A stretch of DNA of 64,000 nucleotides. Source: Octopus sinensis. Lineage: Eukaryota. The stretch lies in assembly GCF_006345805.1 (NCBI RefSeq), contig NC_042997.1:54932001-54996000 (forward strand), written 5' to 3'. Below, in pieces: positions 37,847 through 55,389 of this stretch (the stretch's first letter is position 1; every line of letters starts with the position of its first letter). The notes below the pieces were generated by a model. The model was given only the letters and a program-made list of their open reading frames with translations, had not been told where the DNA came from and made no database searches. Made by a program: the position numbers and the translations under genes.

Positions 37847-40800
37847 AAGACGGAAGGATGACTTCCCTTTGCAAATACTGACAGGACACAGATAGTGTGT
37901 CTATGGCCAGCTGGAGGAGTGTGTCCTCCTGGGGCTAAAAACTACAGTAGCATCCACCCTTAGGGGTTAGCCATATTGAAATGGCAAAAATACGTCACGA
38001 TGTGTTACCGCTACTGTATATAACTCACTTTGATATTTATCATTATATATATATATATATATATACACATTTATCCATGAGTTAAGGAATGGAGTAGATC
38101 AAAGGTTCTACCACTTTGGCCAAAGGTCCCTTTTTGACCCTTGAAGCCACAAATGGTCTCTCTAGAAAATATTTTTATTTTTCAATACGCTACTTATTTT
38201 GATATCAGCAGATAATGGCTAAAAAAATAAAGAACGTCATTTTACAAATGCGCTGTACGCAGTCGGGAGTAGAGATGTACAAACTGAAATGTAATAAAAA
38301 CGAAATAATGAATTACAAGTTTGGTAATTACGTATATTTTCACCACGCGATTCTTATGAGAACAACGTGTTGTCTATCGAAAGAGTGCTCTTTGGTACAA
38401 GTAAATGCCAATGAAATAATTTCAAATCTTTCCGATTTTCCTTATCAAAACAGCTAGAACTTGTGCAACAATCTGACATAAATTATTGTCACCCGGGAAG
38501 AGGATTTTTTATGCTCAAGAGAGAGGAGAGTATATTTGATAGAAATTGTTGAAATATATATCTACTTCATATGAGTAGCAAATTTTGGAGGATGGTATTC
38601 ACTGTAATTGGATCTAGTTAGGTGGGTCACAAAATCAGCCCCCTTTTAAAATGACATGAAAAAAATCCTAAAATTTGTCATATTAAACATTCATTTCTTA
38701 TTCAGGATCTAGTTTATTTCATTCATAAAATCTGCATTTTTTAAACGGAAGTAAAAAAATCTGAAACGTGGTTATCTTGATGCAGTTTTCCATACTTATT
38801 CCTATGAAGCCCTGAACCTCTGGAGAAAAAATTTGACACACACAAATTTTTTTTTATTTCGTGGTTTTAAAATACGGACAGTCGGAATCTACCATTCGCT
38901 TCTCTATATAATTTCCAAATAATTTTTTAAATACTTCAAAATCAAAATTGCGTAAATATGTGTGTCAGACACATAAGTTAAAAATTAAGGAAATAGATTT
39001 TTGGGAGATCTCTTATTATGACTGATATTTATTCTGTTATTCTAATATCTTCTGAAACTTATACATATACATGTATAAATGCATACAGAAGCATACAAAT
39101 ATATACACACGCACATACATTTTTACAGAGTTAGTTTTATATACATCTTTGTAAATATATAAATATTTCGGCATATCTACACAATTGTGCCTTAAAGATT
39201 TGCTTCTTGTTAACTTTGAGAAAATTAAGTATTTCTTTTCTACATATATGCTTCAGATCGTGTAGATTCTGCTTCAATTGGAATTGTGTGTGTGTGTACG
39301 CGTGTACGTGTGTGTGTGTGTGTGTGTTTGCTAGTGTCTGTTTTTCCTTTAGCCGATGAGCCAATGAGGTACTCTCTGTGTGGTTGTTCAATTTGCTAGA
39401 AATAACAGCCAAATAATTTGCTTGACTTTATTCATCATCAATGACTAGGTTTATTGATTTCAAGAGAATGCTTGTTTAATCTATATACATACAAGGTAGG
39501 GACCGGGATTAATCTACTTACATACAAGGTAGAGACCAGGTAGAGTCAATGAAACACTCCTTATAGTGACATCGCTGCGTGTTGTGGCAAACTGCACCCA
39601 ATCATGGTACATACAACCAGATAATCTGAACTGTCGATAATTAAGTTTCCTATCGTAGCCACAGCAGAGCTTCAAGGAATTATATTAACTGCATAAACTG
39701 TGATTCCTTCATAATTATCAAATAAACTTTATGAAAATGTAAAGAAATTACTATGAATGTACTATGCAGAAAGTAACTCAATATAAATTAATGGTAGATA
39801 ATAAGACAAATGAATCACATTTATAATATATCAGGTCAATAGTATCTACTTCATCATGTTTTAGAGAAATCAATAATAGTAATATAACACTCAAAACAAA
39901 TTCAGTAAATTGTTATTGCATATAGTGAAGATTGGGTTGTTTTTGTTTAGCCCTAGGTCAAGTCTGAGTAGATCTATGATCAAAACTTTCCGACCATAAT
40001 CAACTAGTTCTTGCAGGCATTGCTTATCTAAGACAACATTAATACATTTCTCTGTATTCAAATATAATCCAAAGAAGATTTGGCTAGTGTTTCTAGTAAG
40101 TCGAGCGACCATATAGAAGTTCCAGGATGGTGGAACGCTCTCGGTGAAAACGAATGCGGGTTCGTTTTCCATTGGATCACTGTTGCAATTTCCAACGGCA
40201 GTTAATAGCTCCAAGGAACATGAGTGTCCATGAAGTTGACTTGCTTTTAAGCTACTATGTAAAAGCAAAATTTCAGTAGTCATCGAATAAACGTTTAGAC
40301 TTCATATATTTCGCGATGAAGATCAATCATTTACACAATGCATAATCAAATAAATGCAATACAGGCCAATTACATGAAATGAATTGATCAAGGTTTCACA
40401 CAAGTCACTTTAATTCAAGATAACAATTTACCTGAAGCATCCTAGCTCAACTCCGTCGAAGATCCAAACTTCTCAATGTCATAAACAATACATGAAATAA
40501 TTGGATAATTACTCATACACCAAAAGATCCCTCCCCACCAAAAAAGCAAGATCTTCTTTAGTCTTGAGCCGACCATAATTTTTGGCAATTCTTTAATCAG
40601 TCTTCGGGAAAATACAAAAGTAAAATTAAAAAAAATTAATATGAAACAATCCATTCGTTATGGAAATAATTCAAATGAATTAAAAGAAAGAAAACGTACA
40701 TATGTATATTCATACGTGCACTTTAAATGTAAAACACCAACCATACTACACTAAACGCCTAGAATAACGTAGCAAAATGTTCACCATAGCATTTTACTTT

Positions 40801-41201
40801 GAAGTTATCCTCCCCATCACCATGCAAGCCAGGAGCAAATAATCCTTCCATACAAAAGTCAGAAACTAATCAACTTCTGAAAAACGCAGGCTATGCAAAA
40901 CTACTGAAATCCGTGGGAGCTCGTGCAGATTTTTATGGTCCCAAATACCTGTATTATCTATAATGTACGAAATATTGGAGCTGCATTTGTTCTACAAGAA
41001 TCCAAGTTCAACCAAGTAGGTTGATATGCTGCTCCAATAGTAATTCATATTAAGTCAAAAGTGTATTTTGGGGATTGGAGTTGTAAACACTTCATCAGCG
41101 GTTCATTGAAGTTTCTTTCTTCTGTATTATTCTTACCGCATTTATGTCAGGTGAGTTGCTGACTTCCACTAAGTAACCTACTGATATTTTGTAGTCTCAG
41201 A

Positions 41202-41434
41202 GGCGGCGAGCTGGCAGAAACGTTAACACGCCGGGCGAAATGCTTGGCGGTATTTCGTCTGCCGCTACGTTCGGAGTTGAAATTCCGCCGAGGTCGACTT
41301 TTCCTTTCATCCTTCCGGGGTCGATTAAATAAGTACCAGTTACGCACTGGGGTCGATATAATCGACTTAATCCGTTTGTCTGTCCTTGTTCGTCCCCTCT
41401 GTGTTTAGCCCCTTGTGGGTAGTAAAGAAATAAG
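41202..41434 (+). mobile_element. Full-length SINE family A with target-site duplication
   Basis: ggcggcgagctggcagaaacgtta...gagttgaaattcc...gtaaagaaataa; TSD gatattttgtagtctca (41183-99) / gataatttgtagtttca (41434-50), 15 of 17 identical. Confidence 0.92.
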
Positions 41435-42754
41435 ATAATTTGTAGTTTCAAACAGTAGTGTCAGATTGGTTGTGTTTAAATTTCGATTCTGTTTTATTTT
41501 TTTTTACATTCCTCCAATATTCATTTGATTCAACATTATTTTTTCTTTCTTACTGTAATCCAGATTGCTCTGATTACCAAAACATGCTTTATGGGAAGGT
41601 AGTAATTTGTGGGCATTCTCTTGCTGTTTGCAACATGGTGTCTTCAGTGTTTGTTTTGTTGTCATCAACAATAGGGTATTTTTGTATGTATGTATGTATG
41701 TATGTATGTATGTATGTATGTATGTATGTATGTATGTATGTATGTATGTATGTATGTATGTATGTTTTATGTATATATTCTCATCCATATAGTTGCATAT
41801 CTTGACATGCTCATATATATTTAAATAATAAACTTCTGGAAAGTTTTACAGATTTTTACAGTTCCAGTGATGGATTAGATCTGTAGTCTTCTTTCTTTAT
41901 TCGGCTGTAATATTCTTTAGTGACACGTGTTTCGTTACAGGTGCCATTGTAAGATATATTTTCATCCATCCCTAGATAGCTGTAACTTTCCCCGTCCGAT
42001 ACAGGGAGAAAACAGTCAAATCATTGATGGAGATGTTACTAGTCTGGTTTATAGTTTTTCTCCTTTTCACAACCATATAACAACAATTATCCTGACCAAA
42101 CTCTGACCCTACATCATTATGTACTGAGGATGCAGTAACTAGGTCAAGGCTCTTTTTCATCTCATGCATATTTTTTCAATAAAGGTTTAAGTAATCCACA
42201 AGGAAACTGTGTAATTTTGGTATTTCTGTTATGTCTGTATGTATGTATGTATGTATGTATGTATGTATGTATGTATGTATGTATGTATGTATGTATGTAT
42301 GCATGTATGTATGCATGTATGTATGTATAATAAGGATTGTCCATATAAAGAAGGAGCTGTTTTCTGCTTAAGAAACAAGGCCTCACCGTTGAAATTTGGA
42401 TAAAAAAAACAAGTATTATTTATCGAAATATGCAAGAAAAGTCTTGCATTTGCTCCGCTTACAAATTGCATTTCTATATTGCGTGTCATTTGGTAATTTT
42501 TTTACCTGAACATTTTAGTTTTTCGAAATTGTTATTTAAACATTTACTAACATAGCCAAGTGCGCCAATAATTATTGATATAAATGTGAATTCATATTCA
42601 GGGTGAAGCTGCAGGTTTCGAAGCAAGTGTTCATAAATATTCTTTTCGCTGATTTTGTAAGAGATCTGTTAGGCAGCTGACCTCTACGACCGCACATGAA
42701 TTTTCTTATCTACCCCAAATGAAAATATCTAACGCATCACGTATATGTATATAA

Positions 42755-42879
<125 letters not shown>

Positions 42880-43012
42880 CCTGTTTGTCTGTCTGTCTGT
42901 GTCTATCTGTCAGTGCGTCTGTGTGTCTGTGTGTCTGTCTGTGTCTATCTGTCAGTGCGTCTGTGTGTCTGTCTGTCTGTCCGTTCGTCTGTGTGTCTGT
43001 ATATCTGTCTGT

Positions 43013-43123
<111 letters not shown>

Positions 43124-43599
43124 ATTTCCTTATCAGGAAGTGTAGGGGAAGGGTAACGTTTTTAATCTTTCTTAGCTTTTCTAGACTGGTGAAATCGATA
43201 AGGTTGACTTTGAGGTTGAGCGTCTGTAGTTTGAACATTTGCAGATTGATATTTGTAGGGAAGCTGCAACAGGAAAGTTCAGAGGAAAGCTGTGAAGAAT
43301 ATTTAGTACAGATAGTTAGAGCGTAAACAAAGATGACAAAAAAATAAATAAACAAAAAAACATCCAGATAAAGTAAATTTGGGCGGAAGGTTTATACATA
43401 TCTAATTCAGAGGAGAAATGCCATTGTAACTGCAATAGAAAAGTTGGCAGTTGTGAATGAATCTTTACCAGGATGTCTTTCGTTTGGATGTTGTTTGGAC
43501 TGCTTATTCGTGTAGGAGCAGTAGTATCCCAGCTACAAGAATAATGTACCAGTGTGTGTTGCATTTAATCCAGTAAAGGGTCAAAAACTAATTAGAGCT

Positions 43600-44022
43600 G
43601 AAGTACTTTTTGCCTATGAAGAATCCTTCAAATCATCGTGATGAAGTTTCGTCATTCTTTAAAGTTGACAATGAGAAATCATGAGATATATTGAATACCT
43701 GCATCGATTATCAAGCTTTTAACTATGTGTTGCTCCTGACTTGAGATGAGGAGATATTAAACTGTTTCTTATATATGTATAGTGATTAAGTCTTACCTGC
43801 TGATCGTTCGGTTTCCTTTGAAAGAAGTTTCCTAGGAATATGTTCATGGAAGCAATGTAGGTCTGACATTAGACGTATAGATTTCGTATGGTGTAGAAGG
43901 TTGAGGGAAGAGTGATTTTTATCTGCTTTCAAATTTGTAGTTAGAAATAATGGTAAACTGGTCATTAGTATATCAAAGGAAGACTAAGTGTCATGTACTC
44001 TAGATTTAACAAACTACGGGCT

Positions 44023-44080
<58 letters not shown>

Positions 44081-44760
44081 TCATCAATACACACCGAAGT
44101 ATTGATGTCTGGCAAGAAGTTTTCCAATTGAGGAAGTGGAGCCTATAAATGAGCAACTTTGTTGGGGGTTTTCATGCCAGACACGGTTGAAGGTTTTGCT
44201 GATGCCAAGAGCCACCAAATTGCTTTTGGTGAAATCTGAAGGGCGAATCGATACTAGTGAGTGTTCTATGAGAGTCTCTAGTAGATTTGGCTCCACTAAA
44301 GACATACTAATGAGGGAGAAAAACTTAACTTGATATCGGCGGTATTGCTAATGACTATTTCTACTATCTTTGAGACGTTGGAAATGAAAATAATAGGTCG
44401 ATAGTAGAGTTTTAGTTTCTTGGGTGCTACAGCACAGTTTAGCTTGCTTCCAAAAATTAAGACAGACTTCCGTAGAGTTGAAGACCTGTTTTCTGCTTAC
44501 AATATGAGAATAATGGAAGTGACATTGTCATTTTCTGTTGCTTCGTTGGCTGGAGCAAATGCAGACATTTTCTGATTTAACGTCTGAGTTGAGAAAGTGG
44601 TGGAAAGGTGTTTTGAAGTGGCTTTGTAGAGTGTGTGTTGTATGAAGCTAGAAACAGAGTGGGAAGCATATGGGGATGTTCAGTGATGGAAGCGTGACTG
44701 ATGGAGACACCTTGGATGAAGAGTTAGGTATAGTGATTCGACAAAGTTGGTAGAGAGCTA
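43600..44760 (-). pseudogene. Decayed LINE reverse transcriptase (jockey/CR1/L2-like)
   Basis: 'YRPI...NVSKIVEIVI' and 'VALGISKTFNRVWH' (compare VALDISKAFDRVWH). Confidence 0.65.
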
Positions 44761-45648
44761 CCTAGTAAAAGTTCAAACAAACTGGCCGCTATTTGGGAAG
44801 TGTGGAAGATTGTTGGTTGTACGATGCACAAATGGTGGCTTGTCACGCTACACATAATTAAAAACTGCTTACAATTAACATTTGGAAAGTTGATATATAT
44901 AATGGTATAGGTGAAAAAAAAAGGACTGACATCCTTGAATATACACTGACATATATTCACATTGTCTAATACAACCGTATATATTACGAAACGCGGCTCT
45001 AGGATGACGAAAAATAGTATACAACGACATAGGCAAACATATATATTGCAGTTTCTAAGGGCGGAATCATATTTATTCTGTCGTAATTGCTGATCCCACA
45101 TACCAACAGAAAGAGAATGATAAAAACAAAACAAAACAAAAACAACAGCAACACGCACCTTCCTTAAAACAAAACAGTAATCTAGATATCAGCAAATTGG
45201 CAGATTTCGGTATGGTATAGAATGGCATATATTTGTACTTGTACTCATTGTTACATACTGACATTCCAAGACGCATAGTAGCAAACTAACAGTATACAGA
45301 CATATATCTACCATATGTATATACACAGTTGCAGATACTAATGTTTCCTACAATCTCGCAAATATTGAATGGACAGAAATGTATATTGATCACCCATACT
45401 GAATTTACACTCGAAATTTACAAGCATATTGATGCACATAGACAAAGCTCATAAGAACAGGTACACACATATATTCACACGTATTTGTGCGACCAAATGC
45501 AATGATATGTACATGAATACACTCAGGGAGATGCAGAAATATACATAGATATTAGGCTTACATAGATATATCGGCTGAATACTTGCACGGACGTATTCAT
45601 ATAGCTTATCAATATCATATTCATTGAAACACACACACACACACACGT

Positions 45649-45686
<38 letters not shown>

Positions 45687-46035
45687 ACACATACACACAC
45701 CACACACACACACACTTATACATGCACATGTGCACACACACGCACAAATATACGCACATTCTATTGAAAATCTACCAACTTGTGTCCACAAGGAATAATG
45801 GAAGCTTTTGCTCATTCGATTTTACATGCAAGCATCGCTTGTGTTTCCCAACTGACTAACACGGAGAGTTTCACTTGTTTGCAGAGTGCAGGAGAGATTT
45901 GTAGCATTCCTCAATCGCAATGCTTTATATTCTCATGGCTTTACACTGCAATTATTCTGTTTCCACTGCTTCTTTCATACCAATTATGCTGTTGGCATCC
46001 TTCAGTCTATCAGTGGGGGAAATAATAATATTGAC

Positions 46036-46090
<55 letters not shown>

Positions 46091-47071
46091 GGAACAACAA
46101 TACGCAGAACAATAATCATAAATAATAAAGAAAAGAAAAGCTAAATAATCTGATAGAAGAGAAAAATTTGGTACGAATATCTATTAACGATTCAGTCCTT
46201 AATAGAGTTTTTTCTTTTCCTTCTTTAAAAAATAAAAAAAAAAAGCAAAGAAAAAGACTCACACAGATTTCTTACATAAACATAAAGCTGCAATTGTATA
46301 GACTGCGGGGAAAAGGAAAAATTGTAAAGTTCTAGATATAAGCAGTGAAGTGAATCAGCTTTAACTGGGAAATGAAGTCAGATCGCAGACATACCAGGAT
46401 CAGGCCACGTTCTATAAGTTACTATTTTGATTTGTATTATCAAAGCCTTCACCCCCATCCCGCCCCCCCCCCAAACAGAGCCCAGTATATAATCAAAAGG
46501 GTTAAAAATGTATAAATTGTGTTCTGTAGGTGATTCAATTATTGTGAATCTAGTCCTCCTTGAATACTACTACAAAATTGGATTTCCAAGATTTTCAATT
46601 AAATAATATGCAAGTTGATATATCAATATTATTTTGGTTTTCTATATGGAAGCATTGGTTGAGAATTTTTGTGTCAGCTGTCAACAGACACCTAATAAAT
46701 AAGTCAGGAGTCTTTTACCCACTGCATAAATTATGTTGTATACTTGGCTGAGTTACTTAACTCTATTTGGTAGACTGGTACTTACCTCCAATTTCCATGG
46801 CGTTAGCAATGCACTAGTTAATCCTAGGTACACTTCCCCACATAAGGATTGAACTCTGTACTTTAAACCAACAAACCACTTGTCAAGTTTCACATTGCTG
46901 TTTATAAAAGGTAGTTGTTCTTAGTCGGTAGAATCTATTTACTGTTATGCAAGCTGGGTCATTTGAAAGTTATGTGTCTTGGATACAAGCATAATAAATA
47001 TAGTGACCGTGACAGAATATGACCCTTCTATCTCCCGGCTAATACTCTATCCTATCGATTTAGGTATCTGT

Positions 47072-47177
47072 ACATTGCTTAATTAAAGTTTGACTTAGAT
47101 CTTCCTGCATTATGAGATGCTTAAACATTGCTTAATTAAAGTTTGACTTAGATCTTCCTGCATTATGAGATGCTTAA
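47072..47177. repeat. Perfect 53-bp tandem duplication; a 19-bp duplication follows at about 47194-47230
   Basis: acattgcttaattaaagtttgacttagatcttcctgcattatgagatgcttaa occurs twice. Confidence 0.95.
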
Positions 47178-48702
47178 AAGAGCAAGCTTCTTTCAGCTTG
47201 ATCGATCTGCCACAGCTTGATCGATCTGCCTCTGTTCCTGCCCAATCAGTTCTCATGCGTTTAAGGTCTTTTCCGGATGTTTGGTGTCAGGTGTTCTTTG
47301 ATCGGCTCTTTCTCCCTTTTCTTCATTGCAGTACTTGCTTGCTAGGTGGCTGACAGGTATAAAATATGACTACGGCAAAATCGATGCAACATCTCGATAT
47401 TTTGCAATGATTGGGATTTGCTTCGCAGAAAGAGTTTTTAATTTATAATTCTGACTCTCCAAGCCACTTTGAGGACCTTTCGTAGGCAACTATTGTAGTA
47501 TGTTTTCAGCTTTTTGGCCACCTTTCCTCTTAGTTGACTTTGTATTGAAGAAGGTAACTAAGGTACTGAAAGACTGCAGTGGAAAATGACAGAAAAAACT
47601 GTGGTCTGACCGATGATATTTTGCTGAGGGCAGAAACAAGCAAGAATTGGGCAGCAAGAACTAATTACCAAGCTCGGTGTTAAGAATTAGCTGTGAAAAG
47701 TGACTAAAGCGATGCAGATTAATGCCACAATCCAACCTCTTATTTTCATTGGCAACAAAGTGTGGAAGATTTGCACAATTTCTTCTATCAGGGTATGTGA
47801 TCAGTAGATATAGTAGCATAGAAAGTGGTGTGAAGAGTAGAATTATTAATGCAGGAGTCATACTGTAGTACATGTACGAAATTAAACAGCAACAAAAATA
47901 AGTACTGAAATAGCAGCTCAACTTTATGGTGCTAAGGTTCTTCCAACAGTTTTGTATGGCAGAAAAACATGGAAAATGACAGCACATTGATTGAAATATC
48001 ACAGTCAGTGAATAAACGTCACCATTCGTATTGAGCATTTTTGGAGGAGCAGCGAGGGAGTCACTACACGATTACTCAATCGGTTAAAAATATCTGTTAA
48101 ATTTTCCCCCAAATCACACTATACTGTTTAAGAAAGAGGGTAACATACAATAATGTAGTTCAACATGAACTATATTTGGATAAAACATAGGATGGTCACA
48201 GCTAGAACGCGTTTGATAACAAGCCTGCTGAATCAGAGCTGATCTGAGGTTAAATTATGATAGTATTTTTACAGGAAATATTCAACTTTTCCTATCAGTT
48301 CCTCCTTGGATGTTTGGCACAAACATGCTGTTTTACTATGTTGATATTTAACGACGTAGCTCGGTCATAAAGTTATGGAAAATTTGATAAAGATACAGAG
48401 AGGAAATATATCCTTTTACATATCTCAAATGTAAGGTGATTTCAGTGCAGTTGCCTGGAGAATCTTTGAAACTTCGAGCAACATGCTTTGCGGTAGCTGT
48501 CGAGCTCTTTACAATTTGACTTCAAATTTCGACTAAATCAGCTGTGTTTTTCAACCTTCCAAACTATATATCAGCCACATTTTCCTTCATTTGAAATTGC
48601 CGGCTTTGTGCGTAAGCTGGTAATTTAAAATTAAAATATGTTCAATCACCATGAGAAATGAATAATCTAAACGTTTCGGGGTTCTCACCCTTTGTCTGAA
48701 GA

Positions 48703-48787
<85 letters not shown>

Positions 48788-51156
48788 GAGATAGTGTATT
48801 TGGTAGCAGTAATTTTTTGTTTCCCTACAAGACAAGCGATAACATTACTTCTCTTTCTCTTGAAGATCAAAAGCCCAAAAACACTAGATTCTTCATCCTC
48901 ACAACTGAACTCTTCAAATTCTTCTATAAATTCCTCTTTTAGATTAATTATCGCTCACACAGATTATCGCACTTTACTCTGACTCCAGGTTTTATCTTGA
49001 TTATAGGATATTTTTTGATAAATAGACATAATTGATCAATTTAAAAGAAGGATAGATTGCTGACCAACAACTTGGTTTGTTTTGCATTCCCAATCCTTGA
49101 TGTATCCACAACCAGCACATTTAATTTTCTCAAATTCTTTTGCCATTATGTGAATAGGTACCATGGAGTAGACACAATGTTTCTAGTTTTGAGTGTTTGA
49201 AGACGTGCTAAGTTCACTTCCTTTTTTAGACAAAGAGAAATCAATTGAATACTGCCTAGTACCCAATTATTAGAGCAGTATTTTGACAACATTTAAAACT
49301 GATCATCAAAAGCAATCCTCAAATATGTTATAACCACTGCCTTAGTTTACAAGCTACTTACTTAACAAGCTATCCAGCCTATAATACTTCCTGTAATACT
49401 TACTGTATATCATTTCTCAGACTTCATACCCGACCTTTCTTTTTTAGAGATGCTCCTATCTAGTATTCCCTCCCTAACCAGAGTCGCCATACAAACATTG
49501 ACCTATACCTCTTCAAAATGAACATCGATTTCACTAATATCTGTAATCTGGCAGGATAAAAAATGTCGTGGTCACTGCCTCATACACTCAACTAATTTAT
49601 AATACCCTGTCACACGCACTCATACACATACATGCACAGACTCTTATGCACACGCACACAATGCTATGTGTATGCAAATATACTTAAATGAATCCACACA
49701 TTCTGAAAGTTATGTCTGAAGTTAAGGAAAAACTTACGTTTATATCATGGTTATAAACTCTCATCTGTATCCTTCCACTTGGCATCCTTGAAACAAGATG
49801 AAATTTAAACACACAAACCCATCGGTTTAAATCATGACCCTTGTCGAAGGTGAATATTATTCATTTGTGTTCTTGCCTTTTTTTGTACTGTTTTTAGTGA
49901 CTGAAACATTCGATAAGTATCTGATGAGAGAGTCTGCTTGCTGTCGTAGTGTAGCTATGTTATTTATGGTTGTTATTGTGTCATGGGAGTAACCATTCTC
50001 TTTCTTGCTCTTGTTTATGATGATGCTCTGTATAATGTTTTGTGGTTTATGTTTGATGCTATGTTGTAAGTCTGTGTGATGTTAGTGTATTGAGTTGGAG
50101 GTTGTTCTAGCGTTTTATCAGGTTGGCTACTTCTGTTGTCTAGTTGGGGGTGGGTGTTGTATTTTATGTTTGCTTGTGACACATGTTTCCCAAGGTTTTC
50201 TGAGTGCGATTACAAACATTTTAAATACTCTAGAATGTTTAAAACCCGAAAGTAACAAGCAAGAGTGGCAACTTCAATAATATCAATTAATTGAAATTTC
50301 TAAAAAAACATGCACCATGGCGATGAAAGTAAAGGCTATATTTTGATTGCGTTAAGCATCCTTAGCCAAACTTGTTCTATTTGATTGGTAAGAATTAGAA
50401 GTACTGCTGTGTCTATGCTAGTGAGTGCGAAACTTGCTTTTCTTTCTTGGTGGAATTTGTTCCAATTGATTTTTAAAAATGTTTGTAGAAGTGTTGTTGC
50501 TTTACGCAGTTATGTACCACTGTGTTGTGGTGAGTGGGGCTTGATAGTCAGTGAAGTGTTAAACGACTTTTAGTATGTCCTTGTGGTAAAAACGTGTGTG
50601 TGAGGCAAAGGGTTTTGTCTGGGGAAGCGTTGATATAGTCAGCTAGTTGAGGTACGTGGTTGTATTGATGTGGTTGTTTACGGTGTAAAGGGAGTTGTGA
50701 TACTATTACGTCACCCTTGGGTTATTTTATATTGTTTCTCTACAAGCATATGCTCTCTGCACAAAATCACGCTTTAATAATGGTGTTTAGGATGAAATCC
50801 CATAGTCTTGTGCGCTTTTGGTAGTAGGGATTTGCGTGTGATATTTTATTCTTTTTCCAAGGGCGATTTAAATGAAGTGAACTGGCATCACTTAGACGCA
50901 ATTATGTAATTTAACAATATGACCGACGGGAAATACCTTGGAGAAGCGTTCTGCATATTAAATAAACATGCTATAGGATCTCATATGTGCAACATAATGA
51001 GTCGAAAAACTGCAATTAATTGATGTTGTCTATGCAAATAGAGGACAAGAACTCTCTCTAGAGTGTTAAAAAAAACAAGAAAGAGAGGCAACTCCAATAA
51101 TATCTAGAAAATACAAACTATGCAGATGAGAGTGAATCTAGTCTATAAAGTCATCT

Positions 51157-54231
<3,075 letters not shown>

Positions 54232-55050
54232 CCCAGCCAGTGGCTGTCATGGTTTTGTTCTTAACTGATTTGAAGTGTTATCATGTACATGCTTTGTTTT
54301 GGTATAAGAAATGGGCTCAATGCCATAGATTTGCTTGTCAGTTGTTTGACCTAAACCAGTTGAGCATAACCTTAATGGATGATGATAGGTGCATTTCTGA
54401 TCACGGGTATAAGTAGTGGAGAGCATCATAGCCACGTGTTGAGAGGAATTCTTTGGGGTTTGAATAATTTAACTCTGAAAACATGGGTGTTTTGTTTATC
54501 ATGCTTAAACAAACCTTATTCAGCGACCTTTTGAAGGGGATGGGCTACTCGACCCGAAGAAAATACTAACTGAGTAATTATATATATATATATATATATA
54601 TGTAAAAGTTTAAAAAAACACAAACTGGGACAAGAACGTGAAACATTTAGAAGACGACAAAAAAGCTCTCAGTCATCAGTCAAGAACCAGATCATCTTCG
54701 CAATTTCGGCTGATTAATCTTGAGATTGCTCCGATCTGGGCAGCCACCAAGGGAAATCTAAGCCAAAAGCATTAGATTCCTTGGAAGAAAACCTCGAAAG
54801 TATACAACACGGTGACGGAAAAACGGACGATGTTACTCGAAAAAAAATTCAAAAATACGTAAAAACAATAACGATAGCACGAATAAGAATACAAAATAAC
54901 GTAAAAACAGTAATAACGAAACCAGGACGTCAGGACAAGCGTCTTTCGACGTACATATATATATATATGTATGTATATATATATATGTATATATATATGC
55001 ACATATATATGCATGTACATATGTGCACATATCAATATATGTATGTATGC

Positions 55051-55265
55051 ATATTGTTATATTTCGGGACGGTCATTTTTTTTTACGAAATAAACACACG
55101 CACTGCATATTCGTTCTTCACTCGTTTATTACTGTTCTTATTTTTACTGAAATCCATTGACTGTAAATAAGAACAGTAATAAACGAGTGAAGAACGAATA
55201 TGCAGTGCGTGTGTCTATTTGACAAAAGAAAATAAATAAATAACCATCCTGAAATGCAACAATAT
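55051..55265. repeat. Fold-back: 50-bp perfect stem (55094-55143 / 55165-55214), 21-nt loop, imperfect extension
   Basis: acacacgcactgcatattcgttcttcactcgtttattactgttcttattt and its exact reverse complement. Confidence 0.92.
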
Positions 55266-55389
55266 CTGTTTCAACGCACGGTTTCACATCAGGAATATTG
55301 CAACACAAATTCATAAACGTAAAAATACGTATGTATGTATGTATGTATGTATGTATGTATGTATGTATGTATGTATGTATGTATGTATG

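Larger units (their letters stand above)
36631..38044. mobile_element. Retrozyme-like array: 353-bp non-coding units, about 1.5 on minus (36631-37172) and about 2.5 on plus (37174-38044), inserted in (TA)n
   Basis: atcgtgacgt recurs at 36631 and 36984 (period 353); the reverse-complement units follow from 37174; copies nearly identical; one hammerhead per unit. Confidence 0.88.

Noticed and set aside
33505-38044. CRISPR-like interpretation of the regular repeats
   Set aside because: Units are wholly repeated with no unique spacers; eukaryotic context and no cas genes.
40425-40620. Possible minus-strand exon ending in CAG|GTAAAT
   Set aside because: Weak acceptor, the ORF-track frame stops just before the donor, and there is no recognisable protein similarity.
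48665-48705. Minus-strand cagacaaAGGGtgagaaCCCCGAAACGTT hammerhead look-alike
   Set aside because: CUGANGA core is mutated at two positions; not called as functional.
49840-50850. Possible decayed minus-strand Penelope element
   Set aside because: Compositional resemblance only; no motif clear enough to support a call.
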